From Candidatus Marinacidobacterales bacterium (GTDB taxonomy: Bacteria > Acidobacteriota > Vicinamibacteria > Marinacidobacterales > DATDRI01): a stretch of DNA of 64,000 nt. Made by a program: the position numbers and the translations under genes. The first letter of the stretch is position 1. Each line of letters opens with the position of its first letter. The DNA lies in contig OZ245365.1 in NCBI GenBank assembly GCA_965226495.1, positions 6,112,001-6,176,000 on the forward strand. Reading direction: 5' to 3'. The notes beneath the pieces were generated by a model, which did not search any database, had not been told where the DNA came from, and worked only from the letters and a program-made list of their open reading frames with translations. Below are positions 52,301 through 60,900 of this stretch, piece after piece.

Positions 52301-52573
52301 GATGGAACCGGAGCTGTCGGAGCTCGAGCTCTCCATTTTGACGAGACCCTCGATCGATTTGAGCTGCTCTTCTTGTTCTTCGACGATTTCCCGCTCGATC
52401 TCTTGAGGGCTGGCTCCCGGCCAAAACGTGCTGACGGTGACGTTCGGCTCGTCGACGTCGGGCGTGAGCTGAATGGGGATGCGGAAGAGAGCGATTGCAC
52501 CGAAGAGCACCAAGAACATCACCCCCACCGCGGTCGTTACTGGATAGCGGACGGCTTCGTTGATGATTTTCAT
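49391..52573 (-). CDS. RND efflux transporter permease (AcrB/AcrD/AcrF family)
   Basis: 1060 aa; motifs GMVVDNSIVVLENIYR, GTVVNNAILIV and RIRPIFMS. Confidence 0.95.
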   Translation of the reverse strand: MKIINEAVRYPVTTAVGVMFLVLFGAIALFRIPIQLTPDVDEPNVTVSTFWPGASPQEIEREIVEEQEEQLKSIEGLVKMESSSSDSSGSIVLTFPVGTDLDTAVLRVSNRLQQVPEYPSDADKPVITTVGLEENAVAWFILKKAKENPYQEDISTLYNFVDDYIKPEFERVEGVGQSNFFGGREREMQVVVDPAKLAARRVTFKELGDALEKENRNYSGGDFDEGKRRYVVRTVGEYQSTEDIENIVIALRDGVPIYVRDVGRAELGYRKPRAEVYEWDEKTIAINAIAEPGTNVLQVMEGLQETTDRLNRDLLHPRGLDLWLAYDETEYIDSAIALVRQSLMIGGLLAVAILLLYLRSGTSTLVIGVAIPICIVGTFLMMYLFGRTLNVVSLAGMAFAVGMVVDNSIVVLENIYRHSQMGKPRFTAAYDGAREVWGAVLASTLTTIAVFVPVVFIQEEAGQLFADIAIAISCAVALSLVVSITVIPSLSARILRTAHQEDEDKGFHNLWGGVDRAAGFSHWVGDTVSWINATIKRRLAVVVGLTTVSIGLSFLIMPKAEYLPVGNNNFLFGILLPPPGYTLNEVSELRKVYEEGLRSLWESEPGSPEALAQPGGGVKNFFFVSLHSSVFMGARARDPLRVRELIPEFQRLGFSSPGVIAVVNQASIFQGGFDEGRNIDIDITGPDLERLMQLGGEMFAKAFQVLPGAQGRPIPGLDLDNPEIQVITHRRRAAEMGLSNRELGFAVSALVDGAKASDYQFEGREIDLRVMTEESYEHRTHLLEQLPIATPDGRLVTIGSVAEVVEVNGPVQINHRERERAITLRITPDEQMPLETAMEAVETQIIAPMQEEGKLGGLYRVTLSGSADKLSQTGRALRWNFLLAIVITYLLMAALFESFLYPFVIMFSVPLAALGGFLGLAVVNLFTYQALDVLTMLGFIILVGTVVNNAILIVHQTLNHMREEAMEPRLAIGESVKTRIRPIFMSVSTSVCGMLPLILFPGAGSELYRGLGSVVVGGLVLSTVFTLFLVPALFSLVMDARTYLGAQALRVLKPAQHTSD

Positions 52574-52586
52574 GGCATCATCTTTA

Positions 52587-53669
52587 TTAGGGCAGGGCGT
52601 ACTCTAGCGGCTCGCCTTGCACCCTTTGGCCGGGCTGCAAGCGTTCGTTCCCGCGGGTGACGACCTTTGCACCCGGCTTCAACTCGCTTTGAACCTCGAC
52701 CCAGGCGCCCATTGCGACACCGGTCTCGACGGATACCTGACTCACTGTGCTGTCTTCGTTGATGAGGTAGATGTGGCGCTCTGCTCCCCGTCTGATAACC
52801 GCATCTTTGGGGACGACGGTGGCGGAATAGGACTCGCCGGCGGGAAAGGACACTTTGGCCAGCATCCCCGCGCCCACCTGCCCATCCTTATTGTCAATGC
52901 GAATCTTGAGCGGGAAGGTGCGGGACTGGGCGTTGGCCCTAGGGACAATGGCGCTCACTTTTCCTGTCAATTCGTATCCTGGTAACGATTCGAAGCGGAC
53001 GGTTGCCTCGGCGCCCCGTTTCATGTTGCGGAAGTAACGCTCCGGAATATCGACACGTACTTCGAGATCGTAGAGAGAAATGAGCTCAACGACCGGATCA
53101 CCCTTGTCGATCCATTCTCCGACCTCGCACCGCTCGGCGACGACGACTCCCGCGAAGGGCGCCCGCACGGCCGAACGCTCGATGTCGAGCTTGATGCGGG
53201 CAATCATGGCTTGGAGTCGGTCCGTCCGCCCCCGCCATGCATCGTATTCAGACATGGCTTCGTCGAGCTGTCGCATGGAGAGGACTTCGGAGTTGAAGAG
53301 ATCCTTGGACCGATCCAGATTACTCTCCGCTTGCGTCAGGCGGGCCTCGGCCTCGCGGAGCTCGGCCTTCGCGGCTTCGAGCTGAAGCTCGAGCTGATCG
53401 CTTCGGAGCCTGGCAATGGTCTCACCTTTGCGCACCGTTTGTCCTTCCCGTGCAGCAAGGTCAACGACGAGGCCGGCTACTTCGCTCGCCACCAGGCTTT
53501 CGGTACGCGACTCGACCGAGCCGGGGAGCTCGATCAGGCGATGGATCGGAAGCTCCTTGGCTTCCGTGTAGCGGACAGGGCTGGCCGGCCACTCTTGAGC
53601 GGCTACGGAGAGCGGATGAGACAGCACGATGCCTACGAGCGCCGACAAGGCAAGAGCACGGAAAGTCAT
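52587..53669 (-). CDS. RND efflux periplasmic adaptor (MFP)
   Basis: Motifs VASEVAGLV..EGQTVRKG and VRAPFAGVV; adjacent to the RND permease. Confidence 0.92.
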   Translation of the reverse strand: MTFRALALSALVGIVLSHPLSVAAQEWPASPVRYTEAKELPIHRLIELPGSVESRTESLVASEVAGLVVDLAAREGQTVRKGETIARLRSDQLELQLEAAKAELREAEARLTQAESNLDRSKDLFNSEVLSMRQLDEAMSEYDAWRGRTDRLQAMIARIKLDIERSAVRAPFAGVVVAERCEVGEWIDKGDPVVELISLYDLEVRVDIPERYFRNMKRGAEATVRFESLPGYELTGKVSAIVPRANAQSRTFPLKIRIDNKDGQVGAGMLAKVSFPAGESYSATVVPKDAVIRRGAERHIYLINEDSTVSQVSVETGVAMGAWVEVQSELKPGAKVVTRGNERLQPGQRVQGEPLEYALP

Positions 53670-53977
53670 GGGGTTTTCTTTACGAACGGAGCGTTGAATT
53701 CGTCCTGGGCTGACTCAGCCTTTTGAACCCACTATCGTATCTTGAAACTGTGTGCAGTCCAAACTATACCGCGAGGGTTCATGGGAGGAGATGGCGTTTC
53801 CGGGGATTGTAGTGAATTTCCCATACAGTTTCGGGGGGTTTTCCGTGTGATTTTGCCCATTTCATAGAGAGCAACTATCTGAAAAACTGACCGCGTAATC
53901 GAGATTCCCCACAGCCCGGACGAGCGACGGGGAGTCCGGGGACCCCAACCCCGGACATGTTTCACGGGAGGTGCTCC

Positions 53978-55030
53978 ATGAAATCGGTCCGAAACGACTT
54001 TTCGATGACCGACCACGGATTCACTCTGGTGGAAGTGATGATCGCGCTCTTGCTCACGGTGAGCGTGATGGCGTCTGTTTTTGGTCTGCTGCAACGTGGT
54101 CAAGCAAGCTTCCGACGTGAGCCCGAGATCAGCGATATGAACCACAACACCCGCTCGGGGGTGGACAGTATCAGCCGTGACCTGCTCATGGCAGGCTACA
54201 AGACGCCGGCACAGTCGGCGGTCCTCTGGACTGACGGTGGCGCGATCGCCCCAGACGAGATAACCATCATCTTCGCCGATCCCGACGTCCCGACCTCGGA
54301 GCCGCTGAAGTGCGGCGTGGCGGGAGCCGGTGGAGGTGGCGGTCCCTGCAACACCATCGACCAATCCTCTACGCTCAACATCGATCCGGGTACGCTCGAT
54401 CCCTATCAGACGTACGCGGAGAATGCGTATTCCGAAGGGATGATCCTCTTCGCGCTCGAGACCGGGGACTGCAACGGGGATAGTGAGTATGGGATTTATC
54501 CCTTCGAGGTTAGCCTCCCGCCGACGATGACCAGCGCCGGGGGCGCGCCTACTCTGAAGATCACCCACAATCCCGGCCAGACCGCCACGGGCATGAACCT
54601 GCCCGGAGGGTTCAATAGTGAGGTGCATCCGGACTGCGCGGTCATCGGAAGGTTCAAAGTGATTCAGTATCGTGTCAGCCCGCTGCCGCCGTCGGCCAAC
54701 CCGACACTCGAGCGCCGCGACCTCAGCAACGGAGAACCCTGGATTCCAGTGGCTATTAACATCGAGAACTTGCAATTACAGTACGCGTTGGGGAGTTCGA
54801 CGAATTTCGTGGACGCGCCTGCGGTACCCAATCCGGACGACCCGAACAGTTGGATTACCAAGGTGCGACTATCTGTCGTGGGACGGAGCGAAAGCACCAA
54901 CCTTCGGGGAGCGTCGGAGGGCGTTTTCGCGGCCGAGGACACGCACATTCGAAAGACCTTCGCTACGACCGTCAGCCTGCGCAACATGGCGTTGGCCGCG
55001 AACCAAATTGGCGCCCAGTACTACAACTAA
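53978..55030 (+). CDS. Prepilin-type N-terminal cleavage/methylation protein (PilW-like minor pilin)
   Basis: Class III signal G|FTLVEVMIALLL, GGGAGGT RBS, four Cys, and a C-terminal TTVSLRN. Confidence 0.85.
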   Translation: MKSVRNDFSMTDHGFTLVEVMIALLLTVSVMASVFGLLQRGQASFRREPEISDMNHNTRSGVDSISRDLLMAGYKTPAQSAVLWTDGGAIAPDEITIIFADPDVPTSEPLKCGVAGAGGGGGPCNTIDQSSTLNIDPGTLDPYQTYAENAYSEGMILFALETGDCNGDSEYGIYPFEVSLPPTMTSAGGAPTLKITHNPGQTATGMNLPGGFNSEVHPDCAVIGRFKVIQYRVSPLPPSANPTLERRDLSNGEPWIPVAINIENLQLQYALGSSTNFVDAPAVPNPDDPNSWITKVRLSVVGRSESTNLRGASEGVFAAEDTHIRKTFATTVSLRNMALAANQIGAQYYN

Positions 55031-55047
55031 TTCAGACCGCCGGTTAA

Positions 55048-55110
55048 GGAGGAGGGCTCCCGGGATTTCCCGCCCAATCTGTTACGGGTAACCCTCCTCC
55101 GGTTTTTCTT
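55048..55110 (+). terminator. Putative intrinsic terminator hairpin
   Basis: GGAGGAGGG...CCCTCCTCC followed by GGTTTTTCTT. Confidence 0.5.
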
Positions 55111-55162
55111 GAGGGCGGATTCTGCGGGGAGACAAGGCGGAGTAGCCCGGGTGGAAGCTGGT

Positions 55163-55250
55163 TGGTGCCGGAGAAGGGAGTCGAACCCTTACAGAGCTAA
55201 GCCCCGCGGGATTTTGAATCCCGTGCGTCTACCAGTTCCGCCACTCCGGC
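55163..55250 (-). tRNA. tRNA-Leu (anticodon CAA)
   Basis: Reverse complement is GCCGGAGTGGCGGAACTGGTAGACGCACGGGATTCAAAATCCCG...GGTTCGACTCCCTTCTCCGGCACCA, with a long variable arm and encoded CCA. Confidence 0.96.
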
Positions 55251-55687
55251 TATCCCGACCGAGCATTCGGCGTAGGAGATGGGGCCGGAGCAGAGTCTAC
55301 CACGGAATCTTCTTTCGCCCCGCACACGGGTGACCCTGTTTTATGACGAACAAAAAAAGAAAATACAAAAATGGCCTTAAGAGATCGCCTCGGGGCCCGG
55401 GGAGTGGCGAGCTGCAGATTTATACACATTTTAACCCATTGACTGTTTTGTAGTTATAGACCAAGAAACCTTGTTGTTTCATTTCACCACCCGTCTTAAT
55501 AAGGGGCATTTCTTTTGGAACCTAGAAATAGTAGGTAATGATTGATTTTAGCCTTATGTTTGTCTTTGGCCCGGCAGAGTCCCTCTAAACTAACAAGAAG
55601 AAAAGACTTCTAGGCACAATAATTGGTTGCTATTCCCGCCTGGATATGATAAACTTGCCGCACTTTTTATTAGAAAGTGAGGTGTTA

Positions 55688-56365
55688 ATGGCCTTTCAAA
55701 TCGGGGACAAGGTCGTATATCCCAATCATGGGATTGGCGTTGTTGAGGACATTCTTGACCCAGCGAAAAACTCACCTTTTTACAAACTTCGCATTCTCTC
55801 GAACGCCACCAAAGTCATGGTGCCGGTGGCAAATGTAGATGGTGTTGGGTTGAGGAGGGTCATCAGTAACCGGGATGTCGACCGCATTTTCGATCAGCTC
55901 GAGAACAAAAGGGTCGACCAGCACGCCAACTGGAAGGGGCGCTACAAAGATAACTCCGACAAGATGCGGAGTGGCTCCATCTACGATGTGGCAGGGGTTC
56001 TGAAGAGCCTCTCGTTTTTGAGCAAACGCAAAAGCCTTTCGTTTCGCGAGAAGAGGATGCTCGATCGAGCTCGGTTCCTCATCGTGAGCGAAGTAGCCGA
56101 GGTTGCCGGCGAGTCGCAGGATCTCGTCGAGACCAAGATCGACCTGGCTCTGTCCCGCGGGATGGATTCCAAGAGGAAGGGCCGGATCAGCTTGAAGACC
56201 CTGCTCCGAAAAACAACCCTTGCGGCGGCGAAGGCTGAGGGAACCTATGTCGCCAAACCCAAGTCCACCCGGACGCCCAAGAGTCGGGCGAGCGGTACCG
56301 GACAAACCAAAGGCAAGGTACGTCCACGGAGTCCGATCTCGATTTCCATTAATCGCTTTTGCTAA
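55688..56365 (+). CDS. carD: CarD/CdnL family RNA polymerase-binding regulator with a basic C-terminal tail
   Basis: Motifs FQIGDKVVYPNHGIG, VMVPV..VGLR, NWKGRYK and LSFREKRMLDRAR. Confidence 0.92.
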   Translation: MAFQIGDKVVYPNHGIGVVEDILDPAKNSPFYKLRILSNATKVMVPVANVDGVGLRRVISNRDVDRIFDQLENKRVDQHANWKGRYKDNSDKMRSGSIYDVAGVLKSLSFLSKRKSLSFREKRMLDRARFLIVSEVAEVAGESQDLVETKIDLALSRGMDSKRKGRISLKTLLRKTTLAAAKAEGTYVAKPKSTRTPKSRASGTGQTKGKVRPRSPISISINRFC

Positions 56366-56382
56366 TCACCTGAATGACGATT

Positions 56383-56430
56383 ACCTCCCGGCTCCCCGAT
56401 GTTAAAGATGGGAGGCCGGGAGGTTTTTTT
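56383..56430 (+). terminator. Rho-independent terminator
   Basis: ACCTCCCGGCTCCC...GGGAGGCCGGGAGGT followed by a T-run. Confidence 0.8.
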
Positions 56431-56513
56431 GTCTACCGTACCGATTGCAAAGTTCACAAGACTGTTCTATATAGTGGATAAAGAATAACCGCGTGCCGGT
56501 TAGGAGGTATCTC

Positions 56514-56888
56514 ATGCGACAATTTGCCAAGCCCCTCGCTCTTACCCTGATGCTCCTCTTCTGCGCTGTTGCTACGGCACAAGATGCGAACGTCCTCTTC
56601 AAGGGCAACGTTCGTCTCCCTCGCGACGTCGACTTCGGCGATCACACGCTAGCTCGAGGGAGCTACCAACTCGCTCTTACCGAGGCGGAAGGCGAGGCCT
56701 GGTTCTTGCTCAGCAAATCGGGCAAGGAAGTATCCAAGGACATCGCCATTGAATGGCCTGCCAAGGAGCTCCCCACCCAGGGCATGCAGTCAGAGATTCT
56801 CCCTGGCGATAGTGGCAGTGAGTATTTCAGAGTGAGAGTGCGGAAGGGCGACTCTGTTTACTTCATCCACTACCTGATCGAAGCCTGA
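56514..56888 (+). CDS. Small secreted hypothetical protein
   Basis: AGGAGG RBS and signal peptide MRQFAKPLALTLMLLFCAVATA. Confidence 0.75.
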   Translation: MRQFAKPLALTLMLLFCAVATAQDANVLFKGNVRLPRDVDFGDHTLARGSYQLALTEAEGEAWFLLSKSGKEVSKDIAIEWPAKELPTQGMQSEILPGDSGSEYFRVRVRKGDSVYFIHYLIEA

Positions 56889-56995
56889 GTCGGCCAAAGA
56901 GCCTGCCCAAGCACTGCGCATCTCGGGTGTGACCGTCTGAGTGGAGCCGTGCCCGTTCGAACCGAGGTATACCGTCTGGTGACTTCGTCGATCCT

Positions 56996-57709
56996 ATGCT
57001 CCGGTCGCTGATCCTGCTGGCCGTCCTTCCGGTATACACGCTCCTCGCGGGCGTGATTGCAATCCCTGTCGCCGCCCTCACGGGCTCGAGCTTCCTTCTC
57101 TACAGTTTGGGGCGGCTTGGCGTCCGGATCGGGTTCTTTCTCGCGGGGATTCGTTTGGTCGTTCGCGGCCAAGAGAGACTGCCCGGAAACCCCCACTTTA
57201 TCTACATGATGAACCACTCCAGCAATCTCGACGTTCCGGCGGTTTTCCTCGTCCTTCCCGGGGAGGTCCGGGCGCTCGGAAAAAAGGAGCTTTTCAAGCT
57301 GCCGGTGCTCGCCACCGCCATGAGGATGGGCGGATTTATTCCCATCGATCGCAGCAATCGCGAGAAGGCCGTCGAGAGTATGCGGTTGGCGGGCCGAATC
57401 GCGCGTGATGGGGCATCGTTTCTCCTGGCACCCGAAGGAACCCGGAGCCGAACCGGTGAACTTCTCCCCTTCAAAAAGGGGGGGTTCTATCTCGCCATCG
57501 ACTCCGAGGTCCCAATAGTACCCATTACGGTGAGCGGAGCGTACGAGCTCATGCCGCCGGGGACCTTCGCGATTCGCCCCGGTACCATCGACATCTTCTT
57601 TCACGACCCCGTGCCCACTGCGGGACTCAACCGCAAGGATCGGCAAAGGTTGGCGGAAGAGGTGCGGAGGCAGATCGGGGAGCAGTTGGCCGCCGGGGTT
57701 GGCGTTTAA
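56996..57709 (+). CDS. plsC: 1-acyl-sn-glycerol-3-phosphate acyltransferase
   Basis: Motifs NHSSNLD, FIPIDR, PEGTRS and PFKKG. Confidence 0.92.
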   Translation: MLRSLILLAVLPVYTLLAGVIAIPVAALTGSSFLLYSLGRLGVRIGFFLAGIRLVVRGQERLPGNPHFIYMMNHSSNLDVPAVFLVLPGEVRALGKKELFKLPVLATAMRMGGFIPIDRSNREKAVESMRLAGRIARDGASFLLAPEGTRSRTGELLPFKKGGFYLAIDSEVPIVPITVSGAYELMPPGTFAIRPGTIDIFFHDPVPTAGLNRKDRQRLAEEVRRQIGEQLAAGVGV

Positions 57710-57786
57710 CCCTATGCCACCAAGTGGGTTATAATGCCTTAAACAGTCTATTCTCGATCGCTTGGGTTACCTCCAGAAAATTATCT

Positions 57787-59115
57787 ATGCGAGTCCGCGC
57801 AGAAATCCCTCTTCAGGGGGAGTTCGAGAGTTCGACCGCAGACTACGATCTGCCCGATATCCTCCTAGCCGTCTGTGGGACGAAAGGGACGGGTCTATTG
57901 ACCTTTTCCAATTCGCAGGCAGAAAAGACTTTGTTCGTTCGGGACGGCAGTTTTATTTTCGCCAAGTCCTCTGCCATCGATGATCGCCTGGGCGAGTATT
58001 TGCTGCGGAGTGGGCGCGTCGGACTCAAGGATATCGAAGGCGCTAGCAAACTAGTCAAGCCGGGCAAGCGGCTTGGCGCGCTGCTGGTCGAGAGCGGAGT
58101 CTTGGATCCGAAGGAGCTCGTTCAGTCGGTTGTCGGCCAGGTGCGCTCCATCATCTTGAGTCTTTTCAAATGGACCCAGGCGCGATACGAGTTCGTTGTT
58201 CAAGACCTGCCGAGCAAGGAGACGATCACCTTGGATATGCCCACCCCCCAGCTCATCGTGGACGGAATCCGTGGGATCGATAGTTGGTGGCGCATCTCGA
58301 GGGGCATCGGCGATCTGGACTCCACGTACCAGGCAGTTTCCGGGACCGAAGCATCTTTTCGTTCCGTCGAGCTGGAAACTCCGGCGCTCGAGCTCCTCGG
58401 CATGCTCAGCCGGCCCAAGCGCGTGACGGAAGCTTGCACCGATTCGTCGCTCAAAGAGTTGGATGTGTGCAAGATATTGTGGGCGTTTCGGTCGTTGGGT
58501 TGGGTCGGGACGGTCGAGGACGACGGCACTTCGTTGCTGGATCAGTGGGACCTGACCGAAGACGCTCCCTCCCAAGCGGAGTCTCCGCAGGAAACGCCAG
58601 CAGATCCGGTGAGTCCGGTGAGTCCGGAGGGCCCGGGGCCAGCGGGCCCGGAGGGTCCGTGGAATGACGCTGAGCCCGCTCCCCTTCCTGCGATGGCCGC
58701 GACGGTCGAGCCGATCGTGGAAACGATGCCAGAGAACGAGGTCGACGGGGCTCCGAGCTTCGATAGCCACCCCGCGTTCCCCCAAGTCGGCGATCAGACT
58801 GTCGCGATCCCGTCACCGGAGCCGGGTTTGGCGTCGATTCAGGTGGAGCCGATCGTACCCTCGGACGCCGTCGAGGAGGCTCCGCCGACGGGGCCCATTG
58901 AGTCTACGGGGCTCGCCGGGACGGCTGGTCAGGACGAGCCACTCGAGCCGGTCCAGCAGCCGGTGGGGGCTGACGACCCTATTCCGGGGTTGGGCCCGGA
59001 GACCGAGAAACCCGTGCCTGAGGCCAAAACGCCGGCCATGGTGGAGACTGACATGGATATGGATCTGGACATGGATGGTTTAGGGGAGGTCCTAAGAGGA
59101 GGGGAGTCTGAGTAG
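57787..59115 (+). CDS. DUF4388 (PATAN-like) domain protein with a long acidic/Pro-rich disordered tail
   Basis: Motifs LQGEF...LPDIL....TGLL, DRLGEYLLRSG, GKRLGALLVESG and LFKW...YEF. Confidence 0.8.
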   Translation: MRVRAEIPLQGEFESSTADYDLPDILLAVCGTKGTGLLTFSNSQAEKTLFVRDGSFIFAKSSAIDDRLGEYLLRSGRVGLKDIEGASKLVKPGKRLGALLVESGVLDPKELVQSVVGQVRSIILSLFKWTQARYEFVVQDLPSKETITLDMPTPQLIVDGIRGIDSWWRISRGIGDLDSTYQAVSGTEASFRSVELETPALELLGMLSRPKRVTEACTDSSLKELDVCKILWAFRSLGWVGTVEDDGTSLLDQWDLTEDAPSQAESPQETPADPVSPVSPEGPGPAGPEGPWNDAEPAPLPAMAATVEPIVETMPENEVDGAPSFDSHPAFPQVGDQTVAIPSPEPGLASIQVEPIVPSDAVEEAPPTGPIESTGLAGTAGQDEPLEPVQQPVGADDPIPGLGPETEKPVPEAKTPAMVETDMDMDLDMDGLGEVLRGGESE

Positions 59116-59312
59116 CCGCCTGGCACGTCTGGCGAAAGCAACTTCCTCGTTTGGCGGCCAGCAGTGGGGTCTGCGGCCCTAGCCGCAGACTCCCCGAAAA
59201 GTCTACCACGACGCTCTTCGCTCCTCGTGCGGCCCGCCGCATCGCGTTGACACAACACGGTTACGCCTGCTACCATGAAAAAAGGCGCGTCTAGTTTCTT
59301 CTTAGAGGCAAA

Positions 59313-60644
59313 ATGGATCCCATTGTTCCCCCCCTCGCTGCAAGTCCCGGTGCCCCAGAGGCACAGGCACCCGCGGAGGATCTATCTTTCAGTGCGACAG
59401 CAAGCCGGCTACCTACCTACCGGGACCACCTCGAAGAGCTCAAGAAACGGCTGGCCGACTCTGGTTTCCTAGCCCTCCTGCTGATCGACGTCTCCGACAT
59501 CAACAAGATCGAGCGAGACTACGGCAGCAGCGTCTACGACGGCCTCATGAAATTGGTGCGCGATGTCGTGTTCGAGCTCAAGGGAAAGCAGCTTCGCTCC
59601 GGCGACGTCGTGGCGTTGAACGAGAAGGCAGGAGATGTATTCCTTATCTTCCTCATGCCACGTAATGCACAGGAGCTCTTGTTGGCGGAGGATCTCGAGA
59701 AGATCGGCAGCCGTATCCAAGCTTTTCTGACGCGCAAGATCTCGAAGACCGCCTTACCGTACCTGCACCACCGCCCAGAGATTAGCGTGGGCACATCCCT
59801 TGCGCTCCGTAACCCGCTGATTCGGGAGGAGCGTCTCATCCTCAGAGCCATCGAGGAGTCTCGTCACGCCGCTCACGTCAACCGGCAGCGGCGCCAACTG
59901 GCGAACAAGCAGCTTCTGCAGCGGATCATTCTCAAAGGGCAGATCGACACCGTCTTCCAGCCTATCGTCGACATACGAACCGGCCGGCCGCATGGGTTCG
60001 AAGCGCTTGCCCGTGGACCAAAGGGAACGCCACTCGAAACGCCGATGTCGCTCTTCGACGTGGCCACCAAGACCGACCTGCTCTTCGAGCTCGATCATCT
60101 TTGCCGGCGCCAGGCGCTTAAGGCGGGTGGCAATCTGGAACGGCAATACAAGCTGTTCATCAACACCTTGCCCTTTTCGGTGCGCGATCCGAGCTTTCAG
60201 GGTAAGTACTTGATCGACCTTTTCGAAGGAACGGATTTGGCTCCTGAGCAAATCGTGCTCGAAGTGACGGAGCGCCTGGCCATTGAGAACTACGCCTTAT
60301 TCGTAGACGCGATGAAGTATTTCTCGGACATGCGGTGCCTCATCGCCATCGATGACATGGGGGCCGGCTATTCCGGGCTCGAGAAGATCGTGCATCTCCG
60401 ACCCAACTACGTGAAGCTGGACATGTACATGGTGCGCGATATCGACACCAGCTTCGTCAAGCAGCAAATGCTACACGCCTTCCGTGTCATGGCGGAGAAG
60501 ATTGATGCTCGTCTCATCGCCGAGGGTGTCGAGACCCGCGAGGAGCTCGAGACCGTTCGCGAGATAGGCGTCCACTACGTCCAGGGCCACCTTCTGGCCA
60601 AACCTTCGGCCGCCTTTCAACTCACTCCCAATATCAAGCTCTAA
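59313..60644 (+). CDS. EAL-domain c-di-GMP phosphodiesterase with a degenerate GGDEF domain
   Basis: Motifs FQPIV, EALARG, LFIN, EVTE, IDDMGAGYS, KLD, EGVET and QG. The GGDEF position reads AGDVF. Confidence 0.9.
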   Translation: MDPIVPPLAASPGAPEAQAPAEDLSFSATASRLPTYRDHLEELKKRLADSGFLALLLIDVSDINKIERDYGSSVYDGLMKLVRDVVFELKGKQLRSGDVVALNEKAGDVFLIFLMPRNAQELLLAEDLEKIGSRIQAFLTRKISKTALPYLHHRPEISVGTSLALRNPLIREERLILRAIEESRHAAHVNRQRRQLANKQLLQRIILKGQIDTVFQPIVDIRTGRPHGFEALARGPKGTPLETPMSLFDVATKTDLLFELDHLCRRQALKAGGNLERQYKLFINTLPFSVRDPSFQGKYLIDLFEGTDLAPEQIVLEVTERLAIENYALFVDAMKYFSDMRCLIAIDDMGAGYSGLEKIVHLRPNYVKLDMYMVRDIDTSFVKQQMLHAFRVMAEKIDARLIAEGVETREELETVREIGVHYVQGHLLAKPSAAFQLTPNIKL

Positions 60645-60811
60645 GAGTCCCGGTTTTACGGGTTCTTGGAGTGCTAGACTCATCATTTTCTATTTTTGTT
60701 TGCTGTTATATCAGGATGACACGATTAGCGGCCGAATCAATACGATTCTGCAATTTTAATCAGTTAAATAGGCCAAAACAGGATCCACAATGCTAATTGT
60801 GCGAAATTGTG

Positions 60812-60840
60812 TTGACAATGGGCCGGCCGCTGTGTACTCT
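60812..60840 (+). promoter_or_regulatory. Putative sigma70 promoter of glnA
   Basis: TTGACA-17 nt-TACTCT. Confidence 0.6.
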
Positions 60841-60900
60841 TACCGCTGGGGAGTGTATAACCCCTTCTTTTTTCACCCACAACCGAAAGGAGAAAATCAT

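Noticed and set aside
55030-55680. Genomic island or prophage at tRNA-Leu
   Set aside because: No integrase, no duplicated tRNA 3' end and no phage genes. The AT-rich stretch is explained as the carD/tRNA promoter region.
58604-59080. Short repeats (CCGGTGAGT x2; GAYATGGAY) in the DUF4388 gene tail
   Set aside because: Ordinary low-complexity coding sequence (PVSPVSP, DMDMDLDMD) in a disordered region.
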